NCBI GenBank assembly: GCA_963785035.1
Contig: CAWATG010000011.1
Span: 382,553 to 446,552, forward strand
Length of the DNA: 64,000 bases
Direction of reading: 5' to 3'
Source of the DNA: an uncultured Acidimicrobiia bacterium
GTDB lineage: Bacteria > Actinomycetota > Acidimicrobiia > IMCC26256 > CAWATG01
Positions within the stretch are counted from its first letter, which is position 1; each line of letters opens with the position of its first letter. The position numbers and the translations under genes are program-made. Shown in pieces: positions 44,380 through 52,829 of this stretch. The notes under the pieces were generated by a model. The model was not told the origin of the DNA. It worked only from the letters and a program-made list of their open reading frames with translations, and did not search any database.

Positions 44380-46854
44380 ATGCGGCTCTCTGTGCGTCTG
44401 GAGGAAACGCTGTCCACGAGCCAAAGCCTGGGAGCACTGCTCCGTGCAGAGGGCTTGCTAACGCAGGCCCAGCTCGACGCGGCAATTTCCGACCAGGAAG
44501 GCAGCGCCAAACCGCTCGGACGGATTCTTATCGACCGTGGTCTGATCACCGAAGTGGAGCTTGTTCGGACACTTGCTCGACAGCTCGGCATGGAGTTCGT
44601 CGACCTCGACGGCGTCGAGATCGACGCTTCGGCTGCCAACACGATTCCCGAAATGTTGGCGCGTCGCTACCAGGCATTGCCGATCGGCTGGGAAGGCGAA
44701 TTCTTGGTCCTCGCCGTCGCCGATCCCGCCAACGTGTTCGCCGTTGACGACATTCGTGCGATTGCGGGCGTCGAGCTCAAGACCGTGGTGGCGACCAGTT
44801 CCCAGGTTCTCGACGCCATCAGTCGAACATATCGCGCCGGCGGTGAATCGCCGACCGCCGGTCTCGTCGATGAATCTGAGCTGGTGCCCGACGCCGAGGT
44901 GGCCGACGCCGCTCACGCTGCGGATCGCGATGGCGAGAACGGAAGTTCGCTGGATGTTGCCAGGGCGATCTTCGACCAGATCTCGGACTTCGATGCGCCC
45001 GCCGAGCCGGAGCGCGGCGACAGCGTCGAACCAACGACCGCCGAAACGGCCGACGCAACGGCCGATGCAACGGTCGACGTAACGGCCGAAGCCGATGCCG
45101 TCGTTGCGGGGAGCGAGGTCGTCGAACCTGCGCCTGAACCGCCCAAGTCGCGGCGCCGGTCGAAGAAGGCTGCGATTGAACCCGAAGCGCTCGCCGACCT
45201 CGACGTGATCGCACAGGCAGCATCCGAAGCTGCGGCCGTCCTCGAATCCCCACCCGAGGAGGTGAAGGCCCCTGAGTCTGCGCGTGAAGGTCGTGGCGTC
45301 GGTGATGGCGTCAACGCCGAGATCGACCGTCAGCGCGAGCGCGCCGCGAAAATTGGAATGCCATTCGTTGACCTGACCGAGTGGCAGATCGACGCGAGCG
45401 TGGTGTCGCTCATTCCCGAGGCTGTCGCTCGTCGATACCAGGTGCTCCCGATTGGATGGGACGACGACCGTCTCGTCATCGCGATGTTCGACCCGACGAA
45501 CGTGTTCGCGATCGACGACATCCGCGCGATCACGAAAAGGGAGGTCAAGACCGTCGTCGTTGCGGGGTCGCAGCTTGGTGATGCGATCGACCGTGTCCAC
45601 CGTCTCGATTCCGAAGTCGACACCGTGGCGCAGGCCGCGGCGACCGAATTCGACACGCCCGACGACATCGCATCATTGCGTGAGGTCGTCGAGGATGCCC
45701 CGATCGTCAAGTTCGTCAACCTCTTGATCGCGCAGGCTGTGTCGGATCGGGCGTCGGACATCCATGTCGAGCCCACCGAACGTGACCTGCGGATCCGGTT
45801 CCGCATCGACGGTGTGCTGCACGAGGTGATGCACTCGCCCAAATCGATCCAGGCTGGTGTGATCAGCCGCCTCAAGATCATGGCTGAGATCGACATCGCC
45901 GAGCGCCGGATCCCCCAGGATGGACGCATCTCGCTGTCGATCGGCGGCAAGCCGGTCGATCTTCGTGTCGCAACGCTTCCCACGGTGTACGGCGAGAAGA
46001 TCGTCATGCGAATCCTCGACAAGAGCACCGCGCTGTTGCGGCTCGACGATCTGGGCTTCCTTCCCGAAGCGGGAAAGCGTTTCGAACAGTCCTACCGCAA
46101 GCCGTACGGAACCATTCTCGTAACCGGTCCCACCGGGTCGGGAAAGTCGACCACGCTGTACGCGACGCTGAACATTCTCAATGAACCGGATCGGAACGTC
46201 ATCACCGTTGAAGACCCGGTTGAGTATCGACTGGCCGGGATCAACCAGGTCCAGATCAATCCCAAGGCCGGGCTCTCGTTTGCGGCGGCCCTGCGATCGA
46301 TCCTCCGGTCGGATCCCGACATCGTCCTCGTCGGCGAGATCCGCGACCGGGAAACTGCGGTGATCGCTGTGGAGGCAGCGTTGACCGGTCACCTCGTGCT
46401 CTCGACCTTGCACACCAACGATGCCGCCTCGACACCGATGCGACTGGTCGAAATGGGTGTGGAGCCGTTCCTCGTGACGAGCGCGCTCGACTGCGTCGTC
46501 GCCCAGCGGCTGGCTCGGCGCCTCTGCGAGCGCTGCCGCGAGCCGTTCCAGCCGACGGAGGCGGATCTGCTCGCTGCGTCCTGGCACGTCGAGGATCTCG
46601 ACGAGCTGCCGACGCTGTATCGGGCGGCGGGATGCGCCACCTGTGGGCGGACGGGCTATAAGGGGCGTTTCGGTATTCATGAGGTGATGACGCTTTCCGA
46701 GGAGATCGAGCGGGCGATCATCGAGCGCAGGTCGACCGAGGACATCAAGAAGATCGCGACCATGCAGGGGATGGTCCCGATGCGAGATGACGGCCTCCGT
46801 AAGGTTGCGGCAGGGCTGACGAGCCTCGAGGAAATCTTCCGAGTCGTCGCCTGA
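44380..46854 (+). CDS. pilB: Type IV pilus extension ATPase with MshEN motif and two T2SSE_N domains
   Basis: ASDIH.EP, RIPQDGR, GPTGSGKSTTLY, EDPVEY, GEIRDRET, tetra-Cys (CERC...CATC); start could be 44371 or 44380. Confidence 0.95.
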   Translation: MRLSVRLEETLSTSQSLGALLRAEGLLTQAQLDAAISDQEGSAKPLGRILIDRGLITEVELVRTLARQLGMEFVDLDGVEIDASAANTIPEMLARRYQALPIGWEGEFLVLAVADPANVFAVDDIRAIAGVELKTVVATSSQVLDAISRTYRAGGESPTAGLVDESELVPDAEVADAAHAADRDGENGSSLDVARAIFDQISDFDAPAEPERGDSVEPTTAETADATADATVDVTAEADAVVAGSEVVEPAPEPPKSRRRSKKAAIEPEALADLDVIAQAASEAAAVLESPPEEVKAPESAREGRGVGDGVNAEIDRQRERAAKIGMPFVDLTEWQIDASVVSLIPEAVARRYQVLPIGWDDDRLVIAMFDPTNVFAIDDIRAITKREVKTVVVAGSQLGDAIDRVHRLDSEVDTVAQAAATEFDTPDDIASLREVVEDAPIVKFVNLLIAQAVSDRASDIHVEPTERDLRIRFRIDGVLHEVMHSPKSIQAGVISRLKIMAEIDIAERRIPQDGRISLSIGGKPVDLRVATLPTVYGEKIVMRILDKSTALLRLDDLGFLPEAGKRFEQSYRKPYGTILVTGPTGSGKSTTLYATLNILNEPDRNVITVEDPVEYRLAGINQVQINPKAGLSFAAALRSILRSDPDIVLVGEIRDRETAVIAVEAALTGHLVLSTLHTNDAASTPMRLVEMGVEPFLVTSALDCVVAQRLARRLCERCREPFQPTEADLLAASWHVEDLDELPTLYRAAGCATCGRTGYKGRFGIHEVMTLSEEIERAIIERRSTEDIKKIATMQGMVPMRDDGLRKVAAGLTSLEEIFRVVA

Positions 46855-46878
46855 GAGCGGCCGGGCCGACTTGGCTCA

Positions 46879-46906
46879 TCAAGGTTTGGGCTCCGATCGC
46901 CGATAT
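46879..46906 (+). promoter_or_regulatory. Putative sigma-28-type promoter of pilT-pilC (probably leaderless transcript)
   Basis: TCAAG-N15-GCCGATAT, ATG 6 nt downstream. Confidence 0.75.
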
Positions 46907-46912
46907 GTGGGC

Positions 46913-48451
46913 ATGTTGGCTGGTCAGGCGCGACGCCTGGGTGAGTTCCTTGTGGATCGTCACGTGCTCTCGCGCGACGACCTCGAGGTGGCGGTTGCCG
47001 AGTCCCGCCAGTCGGGCGACGCCCTGCCCAAGATCCTGCTGCGTGCAGGTCTGGTGGCGGAGAAGGATCTCACCGCGGCGATTGCCGAGTCGCTCAGTCT
47101 TCGCTTCATCGACTTCAGTGCCACCCCGTTGCATCCCGATGCCGCGTCGATCATTCCGGCCGACGTCGCTCGACGGCATCTTGCAATCGGGGTGCACTTC
47201 GAGGGTGACAAGTTGGTTGTGGCGTTTGCGGAGCCCAACGACGACGAGGCGGTCGCTGCGGTTGCGGCCTCGACAGCATTCGAGATCATCGCGGTGGCAG
47301 CGGGTCGCCTCGAGCTGAGCAACGTCGTGAAAGCGGTATACGGCGCGGGTGCTCACTCGGCCGATGATGTGGCCGGCAGCGATGGGGTTCCGCTCGACAT
47401 CAACGAGCTCCTCGAATGCGTCCTCCAGCGAAAAGGATCGGACCTCCACCTGACGGCGGGTTCACCCCCGGTCGTGCGCGTGCACGGCCAGCTCGTGCCA
47501 CTTCGTGAGTTCCCGGTGCTCAACGGCTCCCAGATCCGCGAGATGATCTACGCCGTGCTGTCCCAGAAGCAGCGCGAGAAGTTCGAGAACGAGCACGAAC
47601 TCGACACGTCGTACTCGATGCCCGGTCGCAGTCGCTTCCGCGTCAATGTGTTTCTGCAGCGCGACTCGGTCGGATGCGTCATGCGTGTGATCCCATACGA
47701 GATCGTCGACTTCGACACGCTGGGTGTTCCGCCGACGGTTCGCCCCTTTGCCGAACTCCCGCGGGGGCTGGTGCTGGTCACCGGTCCGACCGGTTCGGGA
47801 AAGTCGACGACCCTCGCGTCGCTCATCGACATCGTGAATCGGACGAAGCCCGTTCACATCATGACGGTCGAGGACCCGATCGAGTTCCTGCACCAACACA
47901 AGCGCGCGATCGTGAATCAGCGCGAGGTGGGGGAGGACACGTATTCGTTCGCAGCGGCGCTCAAGCATGTGTTGCGCCAGGATCCAGACGTCATCCTCGT
48001 CGGCGAGATGCGTGACCTCGACACCATCACCACGGCGTTGACGGCTGCCGAGACCGGTCACCTCGTCTTCGCGACCCTGCACACGCAGGACGCGCCGCAG
48101 TCCATCGACCGCATCATCGACGTGTTCCCGTCGGCGCAGCAGCAGCAGGTTCGGGTGCAGCTCGCATCGTCATTGCAGGGAATCGTGACGCAACAGCTCC
48201 TACCGACGCCTGACGGTACGGCCCGGGTCATTGCGTGCGAGGTACTGGTCGCCACCCCGGCGATCCGGAACCTGATCCGCGAAGGCAAGGTCCATCAGAT
48301 CTATTCCTTGATGCAGGCAGGCGGCAAGTTCGGAATGATCACGATGGATCAGTCGCTTGCGAGCTTGGTGACCGCCGGACGCATCACTTTTGATGTCGCT
48401 GCCGAGCGTTGTGCGAACGAAGGCGATCTCCAGCGCCTCTTGGGCCGGTAA
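46913..48451 (+). CDS. pilT: Type IV pilus retraction ATPase with N-terminal MshEN/T2SSE_N domain
   Basis: GSDLHL, RFRVNVF, GPTGSGKSTT, VNQREVG, GEMRD and the PilT hallmark AIRNLIRE; ~155-aa N-terminal extension starting RLGEFL. Confidence 0.93.
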   Translation: MLAGQARRLGEFLVDRHVLSRDDLEVAVAESRQSGDALPKILLRAGLVAEKDLTAAIAESLSLRFIDFSATPLHPDAASIIPADVARRHLAIGVHFEGDKLVVAFAEPNDDEAVAAVAASTAFEIIAVAAGRLELSNVVKAVYGAGAHSADDVAGSDGVPLDINELLECVLQRKGSDLHLTAGSPPVVRVHGQLVPLREFPVLNGSQIREMIYAVLSQKQREKFENEHELDTSYSMPGRSRFRVNVFLQRDSVGCVMRVIPYEIVDFDTLGVPPTVRPFAELPRGLVLVTGPTGSGKSTTLASLIDIVNRTKPVHIMTVEDPIEFLHQHKRAIVNQREVGEDTYSFAAALKHVLRQDPDVILVGEMRDLDTITTALTAAETGHLVFATLHTQDAPQSIDRIIDVFPSAQQQQVRVQLASSLQGIVTQQLLPTPDGTARVIACEVLVATPAIRNLIREGKVHQIYSLMQAGGKFGMITMDQSLASLVTAGRITFDVAAERCANEGDLQRLLGR

Positions 48452-48468
48452 GGCGAGGAGTCCACGAC

Positions 48469-49689
48469 ATGGCAACGACATTTGCATACAAGGTTCGGGA
48501 TCGCAACGGCAAGATCGTCGAAGGCGAGCTCGAGGGCGACAGCTTGGTCCTCGTGACCGGAAAGCTTCGGACGATGGGCTACACGCCCATTTCGATCCAG
48601 CAGCAGGACGCCTCGAAACTCAAGACCGAAATCAAGATCCCCGGATTTTCCAACCGGATCAAGCTCAAGGACGTGGCCGTCTTCTCGCGTCAGTTCGCGA
48701 CGATGATCAACTCCGGCCTCTCGATGCTGCGTGCGCTGACAATCCTCTCGGAACAGACCGAGAACAAGGAGCTTGGCAGGGTTGCCGGTGAGGTCCGCCT
48801 CGACGTTGAGCGCGGCAGTTCCCTGTCAGGCGCGCTGTCTCGCCACCCGAAGGCGTTCAACCGGCTCTATGTCTCGATGGTCAAGTCGGGCGAGGCCGGC
48901 GGTGTGTTGGACTCGGTGCTGATGCGTCTCGCCGACACGATCGAGAAGCAGGTGGAGCTTCGCCGCAAGATCAAATCCGCGATGACCTACCCGGTCGTTG
49001 TGGGCTTCCTCGTGTTCGCCATCGCAGGCGCGATGATCGTCTTCGTGGTCCCGATGTTCGGGAACATCTACAAGGATCTCGGCGGCACGCTGCCGTTACC
49101 GACACGGGTGCTGCTGAAGGTCTCCGAGATCGTGCGCAAGTTCGTGATTCTGTTGGTGATGGCCGGAATCGGAATTGTCGTCGGGCTGCGGAAGTGGGTC
49201 AACACCCCGTCGGGTCGTCGTCAGTGGGATGCGTTGAAGTTGCGCATTCCGGTGTTCGGCGGACTCGTGCGAAAGACCGCGTTGGCTCGTTTCTCTCGCA
49301 CGCTCGCCGCATTGACGCGCTCGGGCGTTCCGATTCTGGAGTCGCTCGAGATCGTTGCCGATACAGCCGGCAACGAGGTCGTCGCCGACGCGGTGCGCGA
49401 TACCCAGGCTGCGGTGAAGGGCGGCGAGTCACTCGCGAAGCCGTTGGAGCGCCATGAGGTCTTCCCGCCGATGGTTGTGCAGATGATGGCGGTGGGTGAG
49501 GAGACCGGTGCGCTCGACGAGATGCTCGACAAGATCGCGGACTTCTACGACCAGGAGGTCGAGGCGACCGTTGACGCGCTGACCTCGCTGATCGAACCGC
49601 TACTGATCGTGGTGATGGGTCTCACCGTCGGAGGCATGATCATCAGTTTGTACATGCCGATGTTCAACATCGTGAAGCTCATCGAATAG
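48469..49689 (+). CDS. pilC: Type IV pilus platform protein (T2SS F family)
   Basis: FSRQFATMINSG, GEAGGVLD, KSAMTYP, GEETGALDEML, LIEP; RBS GAGGAG. Confidence 0.96.
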   Translation: MATTFAYKVRDRNGKIVEGELEGDSLVLVTGKLRTMGYTPISIQQQDASKLKTEIKIPGFSNRIKLKDVAVFSRQFATMINSGLSMLRALTILSEQTENKELGRVAGEVRLDVERGSSLSGALSRHPKAFNRLYVSMVKSGEAGGVLDSVLMRLADTIEKQVELRRKIKSAMTYPVVVGFLVFAIAGAMIVFVVPMFGNIYKDLGGTLPLPTRVLLKVSEIVRKFVILLVMAGIGIVVGLRKWVNTPSGRRQWDALKLRIPVFGGLVRKTALARFSRTLAALTRSGVPILESLEIVADTAGNEVVADAVRDTQAAVKGGESLAKPLERHEVFPPMVVQMMAVGEETGALDEMLDKIADFYDQEVEATVDALTSLIEPLLIVVMGLTVGGMIISLYMPMFNIVKLIE

Positions 49690-49710
49690 CGGCGAGGCCC
49701 GCCTCGAGTA

Positions 49711-50929
49711 TCACGGGGCGCCCTGGTGGAGGCGGTGACTGTGAAACAGGCCGCGCTCAGCCGATGTGAGCACGCTCGCCGCGCAGATGATGATGAACCA
49801 GGGGGCGAGGCCGGCGCCGAAAACCTCTGCGCCCATCACCACGCACGCGATCGGTGTGTTGGCTGCCCCGGCGAAGACCGCGACGTAGCCGAGCATGGCG
49901 AACAGCGGAATCGGTGCACCGAGCCAATCGCCGAGCGTGACACCCGCCGTCGCGCCCATGACGAAGAGCGGGGTGACCTCGCCTCCCTGAAAGCCGCTTC
50001 CGAGGGTCACTGCGGTGAGGACGAGCTTCCACGCGAAGGCGAACGTAGCGATGCCGACGCCGCCTGCGAGCGACGCCTCCACCAGATCGGTCGAGGCGCC
50101 GAGATATTCGCGAGTTCCGACGATTCCGGTCAGGGCGATGATCGCCAAACCGCCGATTGCCAAACGGAGCGGCGGGTACTGCAGGAGGTGGCCGAGCACC
50201 TTCTGGATCCGATGGGTGAGGCCGACGAACGAAGCCGCAAGGAGCCCGCACGCCAGCCCGGCGAGCGCGACCTTCACAACGAGCAGCGCTGATACGTCGA
50301 AGTCGGGCCGAGTGCTGAGCACGTCCTCGTGGAGCCCGAATCCGCGCACGATGCGAGCGGCGACGAACGCCGCCGCGAGCGCAGGAACAAAAGCGCCGTA
50401 GCGGCGGTGTCCGCGTGCCTGGACCTCGAGAGCGAATACCGCGCCCGCGACAGGCGTACCGAACGCGCCGCCGAAAGCACCGGCCACGGCCGTGACCAAG
50501 ACCAGGCGCCGGTCGTCGCGGTCGAGTCGCAGCATGCGGGCCATCGCGTCGCTGAGGCTCCCCGCCATCTGTATCGCGACGCCCTCACGTCCGGCCGAAC
50601 CGCCGAAGAGATGCGTACTCACGGCTGCTACCAGCACGAAGGGCGCCATGCGACGCGGCACCCACGCGCGGCTCGTGGATCTCGTCGATGATCAGGGCGT
50701 TGCCATGGCGCGCGTCGCCCGCGAAGTGGTGGTAGATCGCCCCCATCGTCAACCCGGCCACCGGCAGGATCCACAACATCCAGGAATGCGCGAGGCGGGT
50801 TCGGGTCGCCCAGGAGAGGCCCTCGAGGAAGGCCGAGACGGCGAGACCGGAGACGGCGCCGACCAGTACACCGAGCCCGATGCCCCGAGCGGTGCGCCGA
50901 GCGGCACGCGCCGGGAACCATCGCCACAT
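49711..50929 (-). CDS. CLC-family channel, CLC-F-type fluoride/proton antiporter (frameshift ~50665)
   Basis: GNALII, GGSAGREGVA, GGEVTP, ANTP motifs; ORFs 50585..50941 and 49711..50661 join. Confidence 0.85.
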
Positions 50930-51004
50930 CCCGAAAGTCACGTTATCGGCCGTATCGGGGTGAAATGCGCAGGTTCAAATAGCCCGAAGGTTCCCAACGA
51001 GTAC

Positions 51005-51033
51005 TCAAGGTCCCCTCGGGAACTGGCCGATAG
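51005..51033 (+). promoter_or_regulatory. Putative sigma-28-type promoter of pilA
   Basis: TCAAG-N16-GCCGATAG. Confidence 0.75.
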
Positions 51034-51039
51034 GGATTT

Positions 51040-51136
51040 TGACGGATCGGAGCCTGCCTTTACGCGAATCGTCGAGCGGTCCCGACGCCCCAAGGTCGAG
51101 GTCACTCGTACCAACTGAGGCAGGGTCGAGACGTCA
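51040..51136 (+). ncRNA. Candidate structured cis-regulatory RNA in the pilA 5' UTR
   Basis: Nested complementary segments TGACG/CGTCA, TCGG/TCGA, CCTGCCT/AGGCAGG, inner CGTCG/CGACG and CGAG/CTCG. Confidence 0.4.
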
Positions 51137-51181
51137 CTGACATCACTATCAACCAAACCTACCCAGCTAGAGGAGCACCAG

Positions 51182-51714
51182 ATGATTGACACCCTGCGAG
51201 CCATTCGGGCGAAGCGGGATTCCGAGGACGAGGGTTTCACCCTCATCGAGCTCATGGTGGTCGTACTCATTATTGCGATTCTCATCGCGATCGCCATCCC
51301 GACCTTCCTCGGCGCCCGTACCAAGGCCAACGACCGCGCTGTGCAGTCCAACCTGCGCAACGCACACTCCAACGCAAAGACCGTGTTCACCGACTCGGAG
51401 GACTACGGCACCACCGCCGCCCTCGTGACGGCGCTGGGTGCTGCTGAGCCTGCGTTGACCTATTCAGGGACTGCTGACACCGCATCCACGGCACCGAAGG
51501 AGGTCTCGGTGAACGTTCCGGCGTCGTGGCTCCCGCTGTCGGCGACCACCGTCTACATGGCGGGTCTTTCGAAGAGCGGCGACTGCTTCGCCGTCCGCTC
51601 GCAAGACGGCACCGGTGGGTTGGGCACCAAATTCGCCAAGGTTCCCTCCGGGTCGGCCTGCACCGGTGCGGTTGCTGCCGGCTTGGCCGCGAGTCGTGGT
51701 CGGACAAGTGGTAG
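51182..51714 (+). CDS. pilA: Major type IV pilin (probable frameshift ~51690; called ORF runs to 51739)
   Basis: EG|FTLIELMVVVLIIAILIAIAIPTF, RBS GAGGAG, C-terminal Cys pair (GDCF...SACT). Confidence 0.93.
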
Positions 51715-51767
51715 ACGCACGGGCGTGATCAGCGTTTGATCACGAGCTGTGTGCGAACTGCGAAACA

Positions 51768-51808
51768 CGTCGGCGCCCGGGATGGAACGTTCCTCCCGGG
51801 CGCCGACG
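51768..51808 (+). terminator. Strong hairpin downstream of pilA (terminator or mRNA stabiliser)
   Basis: Perfect 15-bp inverted repeat CGTCGGCGCCCGGGA / TCCCGGGCGCCGACG; no U-tract; a second hairpin CGTGATCA/TGATCACG at 51724-51744. Confidence 0.7.
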
Positions 51809-51871
51809 CGATCGCACCACGCAGCTGGACGGATCGCCGTCTCCCACAGCATCGCTGCCTAGCCTTCGATC

Positions 51872-52654
51872 ATGGATCCCAACACCTTCCTCACCATCGC
51901 CGCGGGAATCCTCGGGCTCCTCGTCGGATCGTTTCTCAACGTCGTGATCTGGCGTGTCCCGCGTGGCGAATCGGTGGTCGCGCCCCGCTCGCAATGTCCC
52001 GTCTGCGCCGCGCAGCTCCGCGCCATCGACAACGTTCCTGTCATCTCGTGGCTCGTGCTGCGGGCGCGGTGTCACCATTGCGGTGCGCACATCTCTCTTC
52101 GCTACCCGCTCGTCGAGCTCGGATGTGGCGCCCTGTTCGCCGCCGTCGGCGCCGAGTATGCAGAGTCCTGGGCCATGCCGGCGTACCTCGTGTTCGCCGG
52201 CGCGCTGCTTGCGCTGTCGGTCATCGACATCGAGCACTATCGGTTGCCGAACAGGATCGTCTACCCGCTCTCGATCGTTCTGCCCGTATTGGTCGGTGTC
52301 GCTGCGATCGCGGATCACGATCTCGGCGGGTGGGGGAGAGCCCTCGCTGCAGGGGCGGCGGCATTCACGGGAATGCTGGTGCTGCATCTCATCTCGCCCA
52401 AGGGCATGGGACTCGGCGACGTCAAGCTCGCGTTCTCGCTCGGTGTCGCGCTCGGGTGGCTCGGATGGGTCGAGCTCATGCTCGGGCTGGTGCTCGGATT
52501 CCTCTACGGAGCGGTGATCGGCGTGTTCCTGATTGCCACGAAGCTGCGGGGCCGGCGCGATCCCGTTCCGTTCGGTCCGTTCCTCGCCGCCGGCGCGATG
52601 ACCATGGTGCTCTGGGGTGCGCCCATCGTCGATTGGTACACGGGGCGCGGATAG
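51872..52654 (+). CDS. pilD: Prepilin peptidase (A24)
   Basis: GSFLNVVIWRVP, two CxxC motifs, RYPLVE, GMGLGDVKL, VPFGPFL. Confidence 0.96.
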   Translation: MDPNTFLTIAAGILGLLVGSFLNVVIWRVPRGESVVAPRSQCPVCAAQLRAIDNVPVISWLVLRARCHHCGAHISLRYPLVELGCGALFAAVGAEYAESWAMPAYLVFAGALLALSVIDIEHYRLPNRIVYPLSIVLPVLVGVAAIADHDLGGWGRALAAGAAAFTGMLVLHLISPKGMGLGDVKLAFSLGVALGWLGWVELMLGLVLGFLYGAVIGVFLIATKLRGRRDPVPFGPFLAAGAMTMVLWGAPIVDWYTGRG

Positions 52655-52684
52655 CACGACGCCCCATCTCTGCAAACGGGAGAT

Positions 52685-52801
52685 GTTGCGCAAGGGGAAT
52701 AAGTTGCGCATTATGACCAAAGTGCAAAAGAGTCGCTTTGAGTCGCTCAAACACTCAATTTGAGCGTCAGATTGACGATTGTTGTCAGTGAAGCCTACTG
52801 T
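52685..52801 (+). promoter_or_regulatory. AT-rich regulatory region with repeats and a sigmaA-like promoter
   Basis: GTTGCGCA x2, GAGTCGCT x2 at 10-bp spacing, TTTGAG-N3-CTCAAA palindrome, TTGACG-N18-TACTGT. Confidence 0.6.
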
Positions 52802-52829
52802 TGACCGAGTTGCTTGAAGGGCGGGGGTC

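Noticed and set aside
50895-50930. GGCGATGG on the minus strand near the CLC-F start, resembling the 5' end of a fluoride riboswitch
   Set aside because: No CGCC partner for P1 and no downstream GCTGATGAC-like element; the sequence reads as the coding N-terminus (MWRWFP).
50943-50950. Minus-strand GCCGATAA just upstream of the CLC gene
   Set aside because: Perfect sigma-28 -10 but no TCAAG/TAAA-like -35 at 15-16 nt spacing, so not counted as a promoter.
52754-52781. CTCA-N16-GACGAT as a sixth sigma-28 promoter
   Set aside because: The -10 is mismatched, and the overlapping TTGACG-N18-TACTGT sigmaA-like promoter explains the region better.
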